Virus record (IMG/VR): IMGVR_UViG_3300033068_001172
Coordinates: 4,935 to 68,934 of that record
Origin: a virus
Taxonomy: Duplodnaviria > Caudoviricetes
DNA length: 64,000 nucleotides
Direction: 5' to 3' (one strand)
How positions within the stretch are numbered: position 1 is the stretch's first letter; each line of letters opens with the position of its first letter. Made by a program: the position numbers and the translations under genes. Positions 8,248 to 18,354 of the stretch are shown here, piece by piece. The notes below the pieces were generated by a model. The model saw nothing but the letters and a program-made list of their open reading frames with translations, was not told where the DNA came from and did no database searches.

Positions 8248-9540
8248 TCAATCCGTTGTGATTGGAATCGTGCTCTGCACCCATCCCGCCGCAGCCACGA
8301 TGTAGCCGTTGGTGGCGAACGTGCCGACCAGCGTGGCCACATCGGTCTTGAGCTTGGCGGCCAGGTCCGTGATCCGCATCTTCTTGCCGCTCAGGGCCTT
8401 CTCGATATCAGCACGGGTGATCGTTGTCACATTGGCAGGTTCTGTGGCCTTGGTGGCGGTGTGAGGCTTCGGCTTGGGCGCGGTCACGGGGATGACCGTC
8501 TCAGGCTCAGGAGCTTGGGCAGGTTGCTTGTCCTCATCGCCCCAGAAGCCGTCGTCTGCGGCAGCGTCCAGATCGTCGGACAGCTTCGTCGCTTCTGCGA
8601 TGGTGGGAACCCCGGCAGGACTCCTATCCACTCCCCACCCGACCAGTGCGGAGTTCTTGCCGACAGGCAAGACAGCCCCCTTCGTCATAGCGACTTCGTC
8701 TTTGATGATGTAAGGTTCCCACTCCTTTGCGAGAGTCGGAGGAAACTTGGTGCCGCCCAGCACGATCTTCGCCAGCGACCCGTCTTTGCAGCCATGGATC
8801 AGTAGCGCCTGTTTCGGCACCAGTCCGCCACGGGCGCGCACCACACGGTCGCCATGGTCAACCGACTGGCAGTGGATGCGTCCGAGAATATCCTTCTCAT
8901 AATCCTCCACTCCATAGTTCTCCGTGGCCCACATGTCGGCGATGAGCGGAGTGTCGGCCACGCCGATGATCTTGATCGCCCAGCGCAGGTAGATGTCCCA
9001 TGGGATGCGCGGGTTGAGCCATGCCGGCTTGCCCAGATCGGCGATGAGAGGTTTGATGCGCTCGTCGCGCTCCATGTGCGCCGGATAGACGCCGCAGCCC
9101 ATCATCATGGTGTCGTTCTCCTTGAACACCAGCTTGCCGTTGTCTTCGAACGGCGTCGGCACGACGTTGCCCATGAACGGTGCGCCGCGCATGCGGTAGT
9201 CCTCCAGCAGCTTGTCGGGCCAGCGGTGTGCGCCGGGGGCCGGGAGCATGTCAGGCTCCATCAACAGGAAGGGCTCGGTGTTGCCCATCAGGCCGAGCGC
9301 GTTGACGACTGCGGCGAAGTGGTTGTTGCAGGCCACCGGCGCGCCGTCACCGAAGTCCTTGTCAAGGGGATGGGTCTGCGCGCCGAGCTTCTCGGCAACC
9401 TCGTAGGCGGCGTCCTTGGCGGAGAGCGTGGGGAAGTAGATCACCTGATGTTCCTCCAAGCCGCCGAGCTTGAGAAGGCAGTCGGCTTGGGCGGGGAGGA
9501 GGTGCTTGTCGTGGGCGGATGTGGGGATACAAATTTTCAT
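8248..9540 (-). CDS. Putative glycosyltransferase-like protein with a low-complexity linker and a C-terminal HTH-like tail
   Basis: 430 aa; MKICIPTS start, FLLMEPDMLP (DXD-like), LLIHGCKDG; lies in a cluster with a GT-B gene and a methyltransferase. Confidence 0.5.
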   Translation of the reverse strand: MKICIPTSAHDKHLLPAQADCLLKLGGLEEHQVIYFPTLSAKDAAYEVAEKLGAQTHPLDKDFGDGAPVACNNHFAAVVNALGLMGNTEPFLLMEPDMLPAPGAHRWPDKLLEDYRMRGAPFMGNVVPTPFEDNGKLVFKENDTMMMGCGVYPAHMERDERIKPLIADLGKPAWLNPRIPWDIYLRWAIKIIGVADTPLIADMWATENYGVEDYEKDILGRIHCQSVDHGDRVVRARGGLVPKQALLIHGCKDGSLAKIVLGGTKFPPTLAKEWEPYIIKDEVAMTKGAVLPVGKNSALVGWGVDRSPAGVPTIAEATKLSDDLDAAADDGFWGDEDKQPAQAPEPETVIPVTAPKPKPHTATKATEPANVTTITRADIEKALSGKKMRITDLAAKLKTDVATLVGTFATNGYIVAAAGWVQSTIPITTD

Positions 9541-9842
9541 GAGAAGAAGTCGGGAGATTTTTTGGGTTCGAGGGTGGAGGTGGTCGGCGCATCTGGGTAG
9601 CCTAAAAATTCTGCACTTTTGCCGTCTGCACGCATACCGAACCTGACGGTGTGTTCAGGGAATTGCTTACCACGTACTAGACGCAGGAGTTCGAGGTAGA
9701 AGTTATCCATGGCCCAGCGTTTCTCTTCGACACTGTCCGGGCAGAACTCTGAACTGTGCAGGTTGCACTGCTGCCCGTCTTCCGATTGGATCAAAGCAGT
9801 CAGGAGGTTGGGGTGCTCAACAATGGTAAGAGTAAATTTCAT
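9537..9842 (-). CDS. Hypothetical protein
   Basis: 101 aa; start and stop overlap both neighbours. Confidence 0.6.
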   Translation of the reverse strand: MKFTLTIVEHPNLLTALIQSEDGQQCNLHSSEFCPDSVEEKRWAMDNFYLELLRLVRGKQFPEHTVRFGMRADGKSAEFLGYPDAPTTSTLEPKKSPDFFS

Positions 9843-11437
9843 AGTCCGTAATTCCTCATGGTCTGGTTGTATCGTTGAAGCTGCATCGCCTCGCCACGGT
9901 CGGTGAAGAACTGCGGGCAGCGTTCGACGTTGGCGTTGTACACGCGGTTGCGCACTTCTTCGAGGGGCAGGTTTTCTTCCGTTTTGGCAACCATTCTTAC
10001 CACGTGGTCAAAGATCGGTGAGGCCTCGTAGCTGCCATACTGCCACAACTGTGGTGGCGTGATGTGCGTCTTGCGGTCTGCGGCAGGACGTTTGCTCTTG
10101 ATCACGGTGCCATCGGGCAGCGTGACCACACCGTCGGCGACATACTGCGCGCCCGTGTTGCCGGGATAGATGCAGTCGGGTTGCCACAAGCAGGTCTCCT
10201 GGATGCGCGGGTGCTTCAACCCTTCGGCCACGGCCATGCAGGAGGACTGGTTGCCGATGAACAGGTCAGAGCCTGCGATCATGCGGGCCACTTCGAGGAA
10301 GTCCTTGGGTAGTTCAAAGTTAACTTGCCCAAAAGATTCGCAGAACTTGCTCCACTCATCTTGCAAACCGATGAAGGTGATGCGCTCGCCGTAGTGACGC
10401 ACGATCTCGGCCCACGGGAACCGGTCATTGTTGTAGCGGGAGCTGCGGTTGACGATGACGCGGCCGGCGTAGCTGGTGTCAGGCTCCACGGTGAGCCACG
10501 GCGAAGCCACGTCCGGCATCTCTTTGATGAAGCCATCCTTGACCGCTGCCTGGGCATGGTTGTGGGCGAGGTTCATCCGGTTGTTGACGAAGCCGTAGCC
10601 CCGGAACCGCTCGGACTCCCAGTGCAACGTCTCACGCTTCCAGATGCGAACGGCGTTCACGTAGGGCTGCGCTTCGATCAGCGGCTTGATCAGGTGGGCA
10701 CGGTGCAGGATGCCTGCTGTTGCCGGGCTGTCGCGGAGGTAGATGTCGCACGGCTTGCCTGTCGCCTTCAACGTGGCCAGCATCACCACGATGTCACCAA
10801 GATCCCCGTTGGTGGAAACGTTGAGCACGTCGTTCTCAAATCCTTCGCCGGGAAGGATGAGCGGCATCAGCGTCTGCTTCTGGTCCTTGTGAAAGAGCAC
10901 CGCCTTGTCACCGATGACGGCCATGTCGCGGGGGAACTCGTGAAGGGTGGCGTCGCCATTCGCGTCGTAGCTGCCGTAGCTGTGGCGGATCAGGTCGGTG
11001 CGGCCAACCTGATCGGGGAAGTGGGTCACGATCCACTCGTCAAAGCCACCAGTGGTGAAGCCTACTGGCGCGTGCTCGAAAGCGTTTGGACCCTGGACCC
11101 CGATGCCCGTGAAGTTGTCAAACGGCGGGTTCATCTGCGCTGGGTAGAGATACTCTTTGCCGACGCGGTGATACTCGTCAGTGATCTTCTGCGCCCATCC
11201 GGCGACGAGCGGCGGGGAGTCGGCCTCGATCCATATGAACGCTTGGCCTTTCATCTGCTCCGCGACGTAGCGGAAGGACCAGTTGGCCACCTCGGGGTAG
11301 CGCATGTTCTCGGGCTCGGGTGCCGTGAAGACGCGGACCTCGGTGCCGTCGAGTTCGCGGCAGAAACGTACCAGACGTTCGACTGCACGGCGTTCGTGAG
11401 GCGCTTGGAAAAGGACGACGGGGAGGCAGGGGTTCAT
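9839..11437 (-). CDS. Two-domain glycosyltransferase; C-terminal half GT-B / heptosyltransferase (GT9)-like
   Basis: GDLGDIVVMLATLK and FLEVARMIAGSDLFIGNQSSCMAVAEGLKHPRIQE are GT9-like; N-terminal half has FIWIEADSPP (DXD-like). Start moved to the ATG at 11437. Confidence 0.7.
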   Translation of the reverse strand: MNPCLPVVLFQAPHERRAVERLVRFCRELDGTEVRVFTAPEPENMRYPEVANWSFRYVAEQMKGQAFIWIEADSPPLVAGWAQKITDEYHRVGKEYLYPAQMNPPFDNFTGIGVQGPNAFEHAPVGFTTGGFDEWIVTHFPDQVGRTDLIRHSYGSYDANGDATLHEFPRDMAVIGDKAVLFHKDQKQTLMPLILPGEGFENDVLNVSTNGDLGDIVVMLATLKATGKPCDIYLRDSPATAGILHRAHLIKPLIEAQPYVNAVRIWKRETLHWESERFRGYGFVNNRMNLAHNHAQAAVKDGFIKEMPDVASPWLTVEPDTSYAGRVIVNRSSRYNNDRFPWAEIVRHYGERITFIGLQDEWSKFCESFGQVNFELPKDFLEVARMIAGSDLFIGNQSSCMAVAEGLKHPRIQETCLWQPDCIYPGNTGAQYVADGVVTLPDGTVIKSKRPAADRKTHITPPQLWQYGSYEASPIFDHVVRMVAKTEENLPLEEVRNRVYNANVERCPQFFTDRGEAMQLQRYNQTMRNYGL

Positions 11438-11441
11438 GATT

Positions 11442-11669
11442 TTATTTCCAAAGTTTCCATTCACTGGACCACGATAAATCTTCAACCGTGGAAGGCCCTG
11501 CCCACCAACCACAATCAAACCAGTGGTGGATACTGCGCAGCAGCAAACATGGCTGCCACAAAATCCAGCAGATGCCTGCCGACAGAATCGCTGGCACCGC
11601 CAAAGTGACCTCGAAAAATATCACGCACAAACGCAATATGTTGACAAAGAAGTTTAGGACAAATCTCAT
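11442..11669 (-). CDS. Small hydrophobic (membrane) protein
   Basis: 75 aa; fills the gap between flanking genes; long hydrophobic N-terminal half. Confidence 0.45.
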   Translation of the reverse strand: MRFVLNFFVNILRLCVIFFEVTLAVPAILSAGICWILWQPCLLLRSIHHWFDCGWWAGPSTVEDLSWSSEWKLWK

Positions 11670-11672
11670 AAA

Positions 11673-12269
11673 TCAGATTTTGCAAAACACGATGCAGAGT
11701 TGCGCCAGTGCCCCGTGCTGGGTGGCGTCCCATTCACGGTCGTTCCATTTCTCCCATGGAAAGTTGTCCACCTCCATCCGCAGATCCACCAATGACAGTC
11801 CGGCCTGTGCGCCAAGCTGCACGATCTCCTTGTAGCCGAAGTGGCGATGGTTCTGTGGACGGTCAACGAGGTTGATCAGGTCCCAGCTTGTCTTGTGATC
11901 CGGGTTGAACTTGCCCGCGTTGGGCGTGCCGTGCTGGAAGTCCTTGAACTTCTCATAGCAGGAGTAGAGGGGGACCAAGATATACATCGAGCCACCCTCG
12001 CGGAGAACCCGTGCCCAGTTTTGCAGGGCAGTCTCAGGGTCGTGCAGATGTTCGAGACAGTGGGCGCTTACCACCGTGTCGAAGATCCTGTCCTCCAATG
12101 TGGCGAGGTGGGTGGCGTCGCCGTCTGCCATGTCCCACCCGCGCACGGCGGATGGTGGTGGCAGTTTGATGGCGTCAGGGCCACAACCGATGTCAAGCAC
12201 CGAGCCTTTCAGCCAGGCGTAGTCTCCAGCGCGTTCGCGGGCGGGGTGTGATTTGGTCATTTCGTCCAT
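11673..12269 (-). CDS. Class I SAM-dependent methyltransferase (small-molecule or sugar type)
   Basis: VLDIGCG motif I; FDTVVSAHCLEHLHDPETALQNWARVLREGG. Confidence 0.85.
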   Translation of the reverse strand: MDEMTKSHPARERAGDYAWLKGSVLDIGCGPDAIKLPPPSAVRGWDMADGDATHLATLEDRIFDTVVSAHCLEHLHDPETALQNWARVLREGGSMYILVPLYSCYEKFKDFQHGTPNAGKFNPDHKTSWDLINLVDRPQNHRHFGYKEIVQLGAQAGLSLVDLRMEVDNFPWEKWNDREWDATQHGALAQLCIVFCKI

Positions 12270-12273
12270 AAGA

Positions 12274-12528
12274 TCAGATTTGATCGACAAGTTTTTGGGC
12301 GAGTTTTTTCATGCAGGGTTTGCAGAGATCGGGAGGACCGCCGAAGCCCGAACTGTGCAATCTGAATCCGAAGCGTAGCGACGTAGTAATGACACACTGC
12401 TTCATGGAGTTGGTGGGACTGCCGCTGTCCACCCCGAGGTAGGGTTTTCCCCACTTGGTTTCGGTTTCCAGTTTAGCGTTGTTGTCTTCGGCAGGCGCTT
12501 CGCAGAGATCGCAGAATTTCTTGGTCAT
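12274..12528 (-). CDS. Hypothetical protein with two CxxC pairs
   Basis: FCDLCE ... DLCKPCM. Confidence 0.6.
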   Translation of the reverse strand: MTKKFCDLCEAPAEDNNAKLETETKWGKPYLGVDSGSPTNSMKQCVITTSLRFGFRLHSSGFGGPPDLCKPCMKKLAQKLVDQI

Positions 12529-12532
12529 GGGT

Positions 12533-12934
12533 TTAGACAGGTTCGAGTTTGTCATTCGTCAGTTTCTGCACCAGCCCCGGCAGCTTGGCCGCCAGCACGT
12601 CCTCCTGCACCGCACCGTCGTCAGACGTGAACGCCTCGATGCCTATGTGAGCGCCGCACTGGTCGATGATGCTGCGGTAATACTCGGCACCATGGGCGTA
12701 GTGCGCTGCCGTCTGCATGAAGAACGCGATGCGCTTGGCCACGGCTGCGGCGAGTGTCGGGTTGCACGGGATGGTCTTGGTCTCCTCGTCCTGCCAGCAC
12801 ATCAGAGCGAACTGGCTGGACTCGGCGGCGTAGTCGTAGGGCTTCTCGTCTTGCGGCACGCCGGACAGGTCCGGCAGCGTTTTGGTCTGGGCAGGCACGT
12901 CGTGGGTGCCACCGTTGGGGAGGTGGAGGATCAT
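12533..12934 (-). CDS. Hypothetical phage protein
   Basis: 133-aa ORF with tight packing to neighbours. Confidence 0.65.
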   Translation of the reverse strand: MILHLPNGGTHDVPAQTKTLPDLSGVPQDEKPYDYAAESSQFALMCWQDEETKTIPCNPTLAAAVAKRIAFFMQTAAHYAHGAEYYRSIIDQCGAHIGIEAFTSDDGAVQEDVLAAKLPGLVQKLTNDKLEPV

Positions 12935-13263
12935 GCTTCAGAGGTGGTTTGAAAGTACGCTCGGGCACGAAAGAACCCATGCTCTCCCAGCGGGTTTGTG
13001 TCACGGTTCAGGATGTTCAACCAATACACTTCAAGAGCGACTGCGTCCTCGCCGCCAGAGCGACATTGAAGTTTCAGGAGGGAACAAGTGTTGTCGAGAA
13101 CGGCTCCAAATTGCTTGGTGTAACCCAAGTCCACCAAGCAGACAATGGGGTGATCCAGAATCTCGATTCGCACGCCTTCAGCAATGGAATCTTGTCCGAA
13201 AGACATGGTGTGTGCAAAGGCGCACAAGAATTTGTCGAGCTTTTCTTTTTCGATGGGTTTCAT
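12931..13263 (-). CDS. Hypothetical protein
   Basis: ATG at 13263 (MKPIEKEKL) overlaps the upstream stop; stop overlaps the downstream start. Confidence 0.55.
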   Translation of the reverse strand: MKPIEKEKLDKFLCAFAHTMSFGQDSIAEGVRIEILDHPIVCLVDLGYTKQFGAVLDNTCSLLKLQCRSGGEDAVALEVYWLNILNRDTNPLGEHGFFRARAYFQTTSEA

Positions 13264-13703
13264 GATATTCTGGTAAACTGAATGAACCCTGTGGACTTCG
13301 GCACCTGTGAAGATGCCGGGCGCAGGCCGGGGTAGTGCCATGAGCCGGTGACGATGAACTCGGGATTGGTTGGGACGCTGTTCTGAATGAAGTGCAGCCA
13401 CTGTTGCAGGGGCCACTTGATGATGCAGTCAGGGTCAATGTTGTCTTCGGGAAACAGGTAAGGTTCGCCAGAACCTTGGCAGTGTGCATTCAGCGGCGTG
13501 ATGAGCAGCAGGGTCTTAGCCGCTTTTTTGAGGAGGTCTCTCAGCGTTGGACCAAGCTCGGCGGGGTGAAGCTTCTCCACTCCTTCAAACACCAGATGGT
13601 CGTAGGTCTTCTTCGGTGATGACTTCTTGACCTTGAAGATTGTGTCCCCTTCAGCCGCACGTAAGGCGCGTCGCAGATTAAGCAGGTGTTGAGATTCAGC
13701 CAT
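13260..13703 (-). CDS. Hypothetical protein, possibly a degenerate methyltransferase-fold fragment
   Basis: ATG at 13703 (MAESQHLL); YDHLVFEGVEKLHPAELGPTLRDLL..LLLITP loosely resembles the post-motif-I half of class I methyltransferases. Confidence 0.45.
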   Translation of the reverse strand: MAESQHLLNLRRALRAAEGDTIFKVKKSSPKKTYDHLVFEGVEKLHPAELGPTLRDLLKKAAKTLLLITPLNAHCQGSGEPYLFPEDNIDPDCIIKWPLQQWLHFIQNSVPTNPEFIVTGSWHYPGLRPASSQVPKSTGFIQFTRIS

Positions 13704-13710
13704 GGTGGTG

Positions 13711-13983
13711 TTACTTGAGTTCTCGGACGGAGGATTGCGCAGAAACGGTGATCTGCTCCACCCACGCTTTGATAAGGGCGCTTTCTTCCACACTGTCGTA
13801 ACCTTGCAGGAGAGATTGCAACAAGACCGCATCAGTCAAATCCCTCTCACCCAGTGTCATCGGGTCAGGGATATTCACTTCTGGACGGACAAAAGTGCCG
13901 TCTGGACGCTTGACCACTCCTTGCATTTTCCACAACACTCTGGAGTGAGTGTCGCTGCCGGAGAGATGTTCAAATTCAGCCAT
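13711..13983 (-). CDS. Hypothetical protein
   Basis: 90-aa ORF with ATG start, in operon order. Confidence 0.55.
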   Translation of the reverse strand: MAEFEHLSGSDTHSRVLWKMQGVVKRPDGTFVRPEVNIPDPMTLGERDLTDAVLLQSLLQGYDSVEESALIKAWVEQITVSAQSSVRELK

Positions 13984-13985
13984 GG

Positions 13986-14195
13986 TTATTGATCTGATTT
14001 GGAAATTTTGCGCGGCTCAACCACACGTTTGCGGCTTTGATCTATTGACACCAGACCGTCGTGCCGAACTGTGAAGAAGCGGTTTTCGGGTATGCTGAAT
14101 TTCTTCCTCACCCGTTCAAGAGCACTTTCATGGTCAGATCGGAAATCCGAGGTCTGACGGTGGAAGTGTTCATTTTCTGTCGGGCTAAGCGTCAT
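13986..14195 (-). CDS. Hypothetical protein
   Basis: ATG at 14195 (MTLSPTENE). Confidence 0.45.
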   Translation of the reverse strand: MTLSPTENEHFHRQTSDFRSDHESALERVRKKFSIPENRFFTVRHDGLVSIDQSRKRVVEPRKISKSDQ

Positions 14196-14229
14196 GAGAA
14201 TTGGTCTGTCGGAGATGATAGGCTGAATG

Positions 14230-16248
14230 TCAACTGAATCTTGTCTGATCCGCAAATCCGCCCACGCTGCTCAGTGTAGGAGTGTTGAGGTCGGAGTACC
14301 GGGCCTTCCCCGTGCGCCCCGACAGCGTAGCCTCCAGAGCGGCCTGACGATCCGCCATGCGGTTGGAGGGTGCAGACGGCATCGGCGTGCGCGGAGCCGC
14401 CCTGGACAGCGAGGAAAAGCCGTGGCGGCGACGGGCGATCTCGATGCAGCCGAAGAAGGCGTCGGCGCGGTCAGGGCTGCGCCCGTTGGTCCGCTGCTTC
14501 ATGATCTTCTTGGACTCGACTTCGACCTTCTCACGCTCCACTCGTTTGTACATTCTGGCACACATCTGGATGCAGGTTTCAGGGTCCAGCCCCCGGATCT
14601 GGCCGGCCTTTAAAAAGTCTTTGCCGACGTACCACAACTCGGTCACGCGATTGGAGAAACGGTCTTTGCCAAGGCGCGAGTTGGTGGTGCCCACGGTCTT
14701 GTCAGACGGCGCACCAGCGAAGCTCACCATCTGGAATCCCCGCCCCATGGTGACAGCCATGAGAGTGGCGAAGGGGTCCCCGGCACCAGTGCTGTCCGAG
14801 CCCCGGTCTTCGTTGACGACGCCGCGCTTGACGCATTCCTCGTGATACAAGTTCACCAGTTGCTGGTTGCGGTCCACCTCCCTGTTGCTGGCGTCCACCT
14901 TGGCCATGAGGTTGATCGTCTCCACCCGCTCGATGCCTTTGACGTTGCGCTGGTGGATCGGAGAATAGTAGGTGCCGAGACGGCAGAAACAGGCTGGCGC
15001 TTCATCGCCGCCATGGCTGAACGCGGGGTCGAGGAACGCGATCATCACTGGTGAGTCCAGCCACGTCGTCACCTTCTGCTGACTGCCGCTGGATACGATT
15101 TCCACCTCGGTGTAAATGGCGTAGGCATCGCCATCGGGGGAGAGGAAGCCGCGCACCATGCGGTAATACTCAGGCGACTTGGGGCCGAGGCTCTCGCGCA
15201 GATCCGTGACCGTGCGCAGACTCAATATTCCTTTCCACACCTCACGCCCCGCAAGAACATTGGGAGACTTTTCACCGTCAAAGCGGATGCAGTAGCCGCG
15301 CTTGGTCTTCCAGCCGTCAAAGGTTTCATCGACACTGGCCCAGCCCTCCTCCGGCTCCATGAACACGCCGAGCGGGTCGAACGCGCTGGTCGGGTTGCCG
15401 ATGCCGATGAATTGCAGGTAGTCATTGGACTGCAAGTTCGTGATGGCCGTGTTGTAGAGCGCATGCGTCAGCAGGGGCAGCTCGTCCGCGATGAAGATCA
15501 CGCAGCGGTTCTTGAAGCCGATCTTGGTCGAGGCGTCCTTGTCCTGTCCCTTGCCGCCGGCCACCAACGTGATGCCTGAAAGCTGGTTCTGGCGGCCGTC
15601 AGAATTGATTCGCACGATCTTCCCGGTGGAGGAGATCAGCTTGGCCTGCATGTACTGCTCACCGCCGAAGAAGCGGCAAATCTCCGCCCAGTAGCCTTCG
15701 ACCACACCCCAGATACGACCACGGGATTCGTCCAGCGAGGTGGAGGTGATGAACACCTTCACGTACTCAGGCGACGCCACCGGCACGGCAGGCGAGCCGG
15801 CAGTCTCAGGAAAGCGGGCACCAATGAGGAACCGGCCAATGGCGTAGAGGGCGAAAAACTCAGACTTGGAGCATGAGGCGTGACCGGCGACCGCGAGGAA
15901 GTTGTTCTTGTAGGCCTCCTCCAGCATCCGCATGGCGTAGGGGTTCCACTCGAAGCGGTAACGCGGGTTGGTCTCGGGCCGGTCCAGCATCAGCGAGATG
16001 AACCTGCGGAAGTGCCAGGTCCACGGGTTCAACTGGCTGCCAGGCAGGTTGACCAGCGCGTCGTAGTTGCCGCAGATGTACTTCTCGATCTGCACCTCCT
16101 GCAACAGGTCGTACCCGGCAGAGGTTTTGGGTGCTCCCGGCAGCCGCTTCCACCAGCGCCCGTAGCGGGCGACGTGGGTGCGCTCGCTGACCTGCGGCTG
16201 CGGTGCTGCGGCGGCAGGACGTTTGGCGGGCTTGGAGGGGGGAGGCAT
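14230..16248 (-). CDS. terL: Terminase large subunit
   Basis: Walker A-like AVAGHASCSKSE, Walker B FIADELP, coupling motif GIGNP, RNase H-like nuclease FLDPAFSHGGDE and SPDRADA. Confidence 0.85.
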   Translation of the reverse strand: MPPPSKPAKRPAAAAPQPQVSERTHVARYGRWWKRLPGAPKTSAGYDLLQEVQIEKYICGNYDALVNLPGSQLNPWTWHFRRFISLMLDRPETNPRYRFEWNPYAMRMLEEAYKNNFLAVAGHASCSKSEFFALYAIGRFLIGARFPETAGSPAVPVASPEYVKVFITSTSLDESRGRIWGVVEGYWAEICRFFGGEQYMQAKLISSTGKIVRINSDGRQNQLSGITLVAGGKGQDKDASTKIGFKNRCVIFIADELPLLTHALYNTAITNLQSNDYLQFIGIGNPTSAFDPLGVFMEPEEGWASVDETFDGWKTKRGYCIRFDGEKSPNVLAGREVWKGILSLRTVTDLRESLGPKSPEYYRMVRGFLSPDGDAYAIYTEVEIVSSGSQQKVTTWLDSPVMIAFLDPAFSHGGDEAPACFCRLGTYYSPIHQRNVKGIERVETINLMAKVDASNREVDRNQQLVNLYHEECVKRGVVNEDRGSDSTGAGDPFATLMAVTMGRGFQMVSFAGAPSDKTVGTTNSRLGKDRFSNRVTELWYVGKDFLKAGQIRGLDPETCIQMCARMYKRVEREKVEVESKKIMKQRTNGRSPDRADAFFGCIEIARRRHGFSSLSRAAPRTPMPSAPSNRMADRQAALEATLSGRTGKARYSDLNTPTLSSVGGFADQTRFS

Positions 16249-16808
16249 CAGGCAGTCTGCATTGGAGGAGGCCGGTTGTCCACCAGCGTCCCATACTGGC
16301 GGGCGTCGAGAACGATGCCACAGCCAGCCGCCGCACAGCCGAGGTGGTGGGCACCTGTGTCAGGGTCGATGTCCTCGCCGTTGAGAAACTTGTCGATGTG
16401 GCGCTTCATGGCACCGAGGTAGGTCATCACCTCCACGTTGTTCTTGCGCCAGTTGAACACTCCATACTTCTCGGCCCCGCGTGCAAGGGCTTTGGCAGTC
16501 TCGTCGTTCAGTGCTGGCGGGATGAGCTGAAGCTGCGGCTTCTTGTCGCCTTGAGACTTCTTGGGGTCGGAGCTAAACACGACGGTGCTGTTCTCATCGG
16601 TCAATGGCAGGGCAGGCGTCTGCACTGGCACGGCGTACCAATAACTTTGGCGTGGCTCTGGCAATTTCTCATAACCATTGATAGCCCACATCCATCCCAC
16701 GCGGGGCACATCCACCCATACCTTTGTATCAATCGGCACCGGGTCGGGCACGTCCTTACCCAGCATCACTTCATGCCCTTCAGGCGGCGTCGGTTTCTTG
16801 GTGTTCAT
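16248..16808 (-). CDS. dATP/dGTP diphosphohydrolase-domain protein (DUF5664-like)
   Basis: GDKKPQLQLIPP...LARGAEKYGVFNWRK...YLGAMKRHI..FLNGEDIDPDTGAHHLGCAAA. Confidence 0.8.
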   Translation of the reverse strand: MNTKKPTPPEGHEVMLGKDVPDPVPIDTKVWVDVPRVGWMWAINGYEKLPEPRQSYWYAVPVQTPALPLTDENSTVVFSSDPKKSQGDKKPQLQLIPPALNDETAKALARGAEKYGVFNWRKNNVEVMTYLGAMKRHIDKFLNGEDIDPDTGAHHLGCAAAGCGIVLDARQYGTLVDNRPPPMQTA

Positions 16809-16842
16809 GTGTGGTGAATTTTTACACTGCTATCTGGTTTCG

Positions 16843-18354
16843 TCAACCCCAGAAAGCCTCCTCGTCGAAGTCGGATGGCAGGTTCCCTTTTTCGTCGCTG
16901 CGGGCTTCCCACGATCCATAAGACATCACACCCTTGTCTTCCTCCTCGGGCTCGGATGGTGCGATCTTGATTGGTGGCCGCCCTTTGCGATCCCCTTCAA
17001 GCAGCATCAGGGCGGCGAGCAGCCGGTCTTCCGTGCTGCGTTTCTGCTCCAGCACCTCGGCCACCACGTCGTCCACGGTGCCTGGCACCATGAGGCGATA
17101 AACCATGACCACTTCTTTCTGCCCTCGGCGGTAGAGCCGTGCAATGGTCTGGCCATACTGCTCCTGTGAGTAGGTGAGAGACATCCACACCATGGTCTGT
17201 GACCCCATCTGAAGGTTCAGCCCGTGGCCCATGGACAGCGGGTGTCCGACCAGCATGGGGATCTGCCGTTTATTCCATTGTGAGATGAGCTGCGTCTGGA
17301 GTGCGGGGGATTTGGCGTCGGCGAAGAACCGGGCCTGCGGGAATTTGCGTCTGATGCGGTCCTGCTCGTGCTTGAAATCGCAGATCACCAGCAGCGGGTC
17401 TTTGGTCTGCTTCACCAGCTTGGCGAGAGCCTTCATCTTCTCGTCGTGGACATCGTGTGTGCGCTTTTCTGCGTCGTAGATGCAGCCCGAGGTGAACTGC
17501 AACAACTTGCGCACCAGCACTGCTGCATTGGCTGCGGTGATTTGTACCTCCTGCCGCAGCTCCAGGATTAGCTCCTTCTTGAATTCCTCGTACTGATCCA
17601 TGACGTGCGCTGGCAGCTTGACCTCCACATCTTCAACGTGGAAATCGGGCAGGTCCTTGAGCCAGTCGGAGGTTTTCATGGTGAGGGTGATGTCGGCGAT
17701 GCGGGCTTCGATGCGATCCTGCGCCCCGGCAATCGGTTCCCAATTGTACTGCTGATAGTCGGTGGCCGCGAAGTAGGTCTTCTTGAAATGGTCGAAGCTG
17801 CGACCGAGGCGATGACCATCGTCCAGCAGACGCACCTGTGCGAACAGATCGAGCAGGCTGTTACTCGCAGGAGTGCCTGTAAGATTGACCCGGTGCTTCA
17901 CGGCAGGCACCTCACGGCGCAGCAGGTTTATGCGCTTGCTGGCAGGGTTCTTGGCTTTGCTCGATTCATCGTACACCACCATCTGGTAAGGGACAGTGCC
18001 TCCGCGTTTCTCCACCAGCTTCACCAGATTGGGTATGGCCTCGTAGTTACAAAGGTAGATGTCCCCTTGACCAGCGATGAATGCACGGCGGCCAAGCGGA
18101 GTGCGCAGGTTAGCCACTTTCAGGTGATTAAACTGATCCCACTGTTGTACCTCCATGGGCCAAGTTAAATTGCAAACACGCAGCGGTGCGATGACCAGCA
18201 TGGCGTCCACTTCGAGGTCCTCCTTCATCTGGCAGAACGCGGCGAGCACGCTGCTGGACTTGCCCAAACCCATTCCCAAGATGAGGTAGGCGATGTCGTG
18301 CTTCAGCAGGAAGTCGATGGCGATCTTTTGTGGTGGTGCGGGGATGAACTTCAT
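16843..18354 (-). CDS. SNF2-family (SF2) helicase
   Basis: LGMGLGKS Walker A, VVYDESS, NLTGTPASNSLLDLFAQ, GHGLNLQ, QTIARLYRRGQ. C-terminus SDFDEEAFWG. Confidence 0.9.
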   Translation of the reverse strand: MKFIPAPPQKIAIDFLLKHDIAYLILGMGLGKSSSVLAAFCQMKEDLEVDAMLVIAPLRVCNLTWPMEVQQWDQFNHLKVANLRTPLGRRAFIAGQGDIYLCNYEAIPNLVKLVEKRGGTVPYQMVVYDESSKAKNPASKRINLLRREVPAVKHRVNLTGTPASNSLLDLFAQVRLLDDGHRLGRSFDHFKKTYFAATDYQQYNWEPIAGAQDRIEARIADITLTMKTSDWLKDLPDFHVEDVEVKLPAHVMDQYEEFKKELILELRQEVQITAANAAVLVRKLLQFTSGCIYDAEKRTHDVHDEKMKALAKLVKQTKDPLLVICDFKHEQDRIRRKFPQARFFADAKSPALQTQLISQWNKRQIPMLVGHPLSMGHGLNLQMGSQTMVWMSLTYSQEQYGQTIARLYRRGQKEVVMVYRLMVPGTVDDVVAEVLEQKRSTEDRLLAALMLLEGDRKGRPPIKIAPSEPEEEDKGVMSYGSWEARSDEKGNLPSDFDEEAFWG

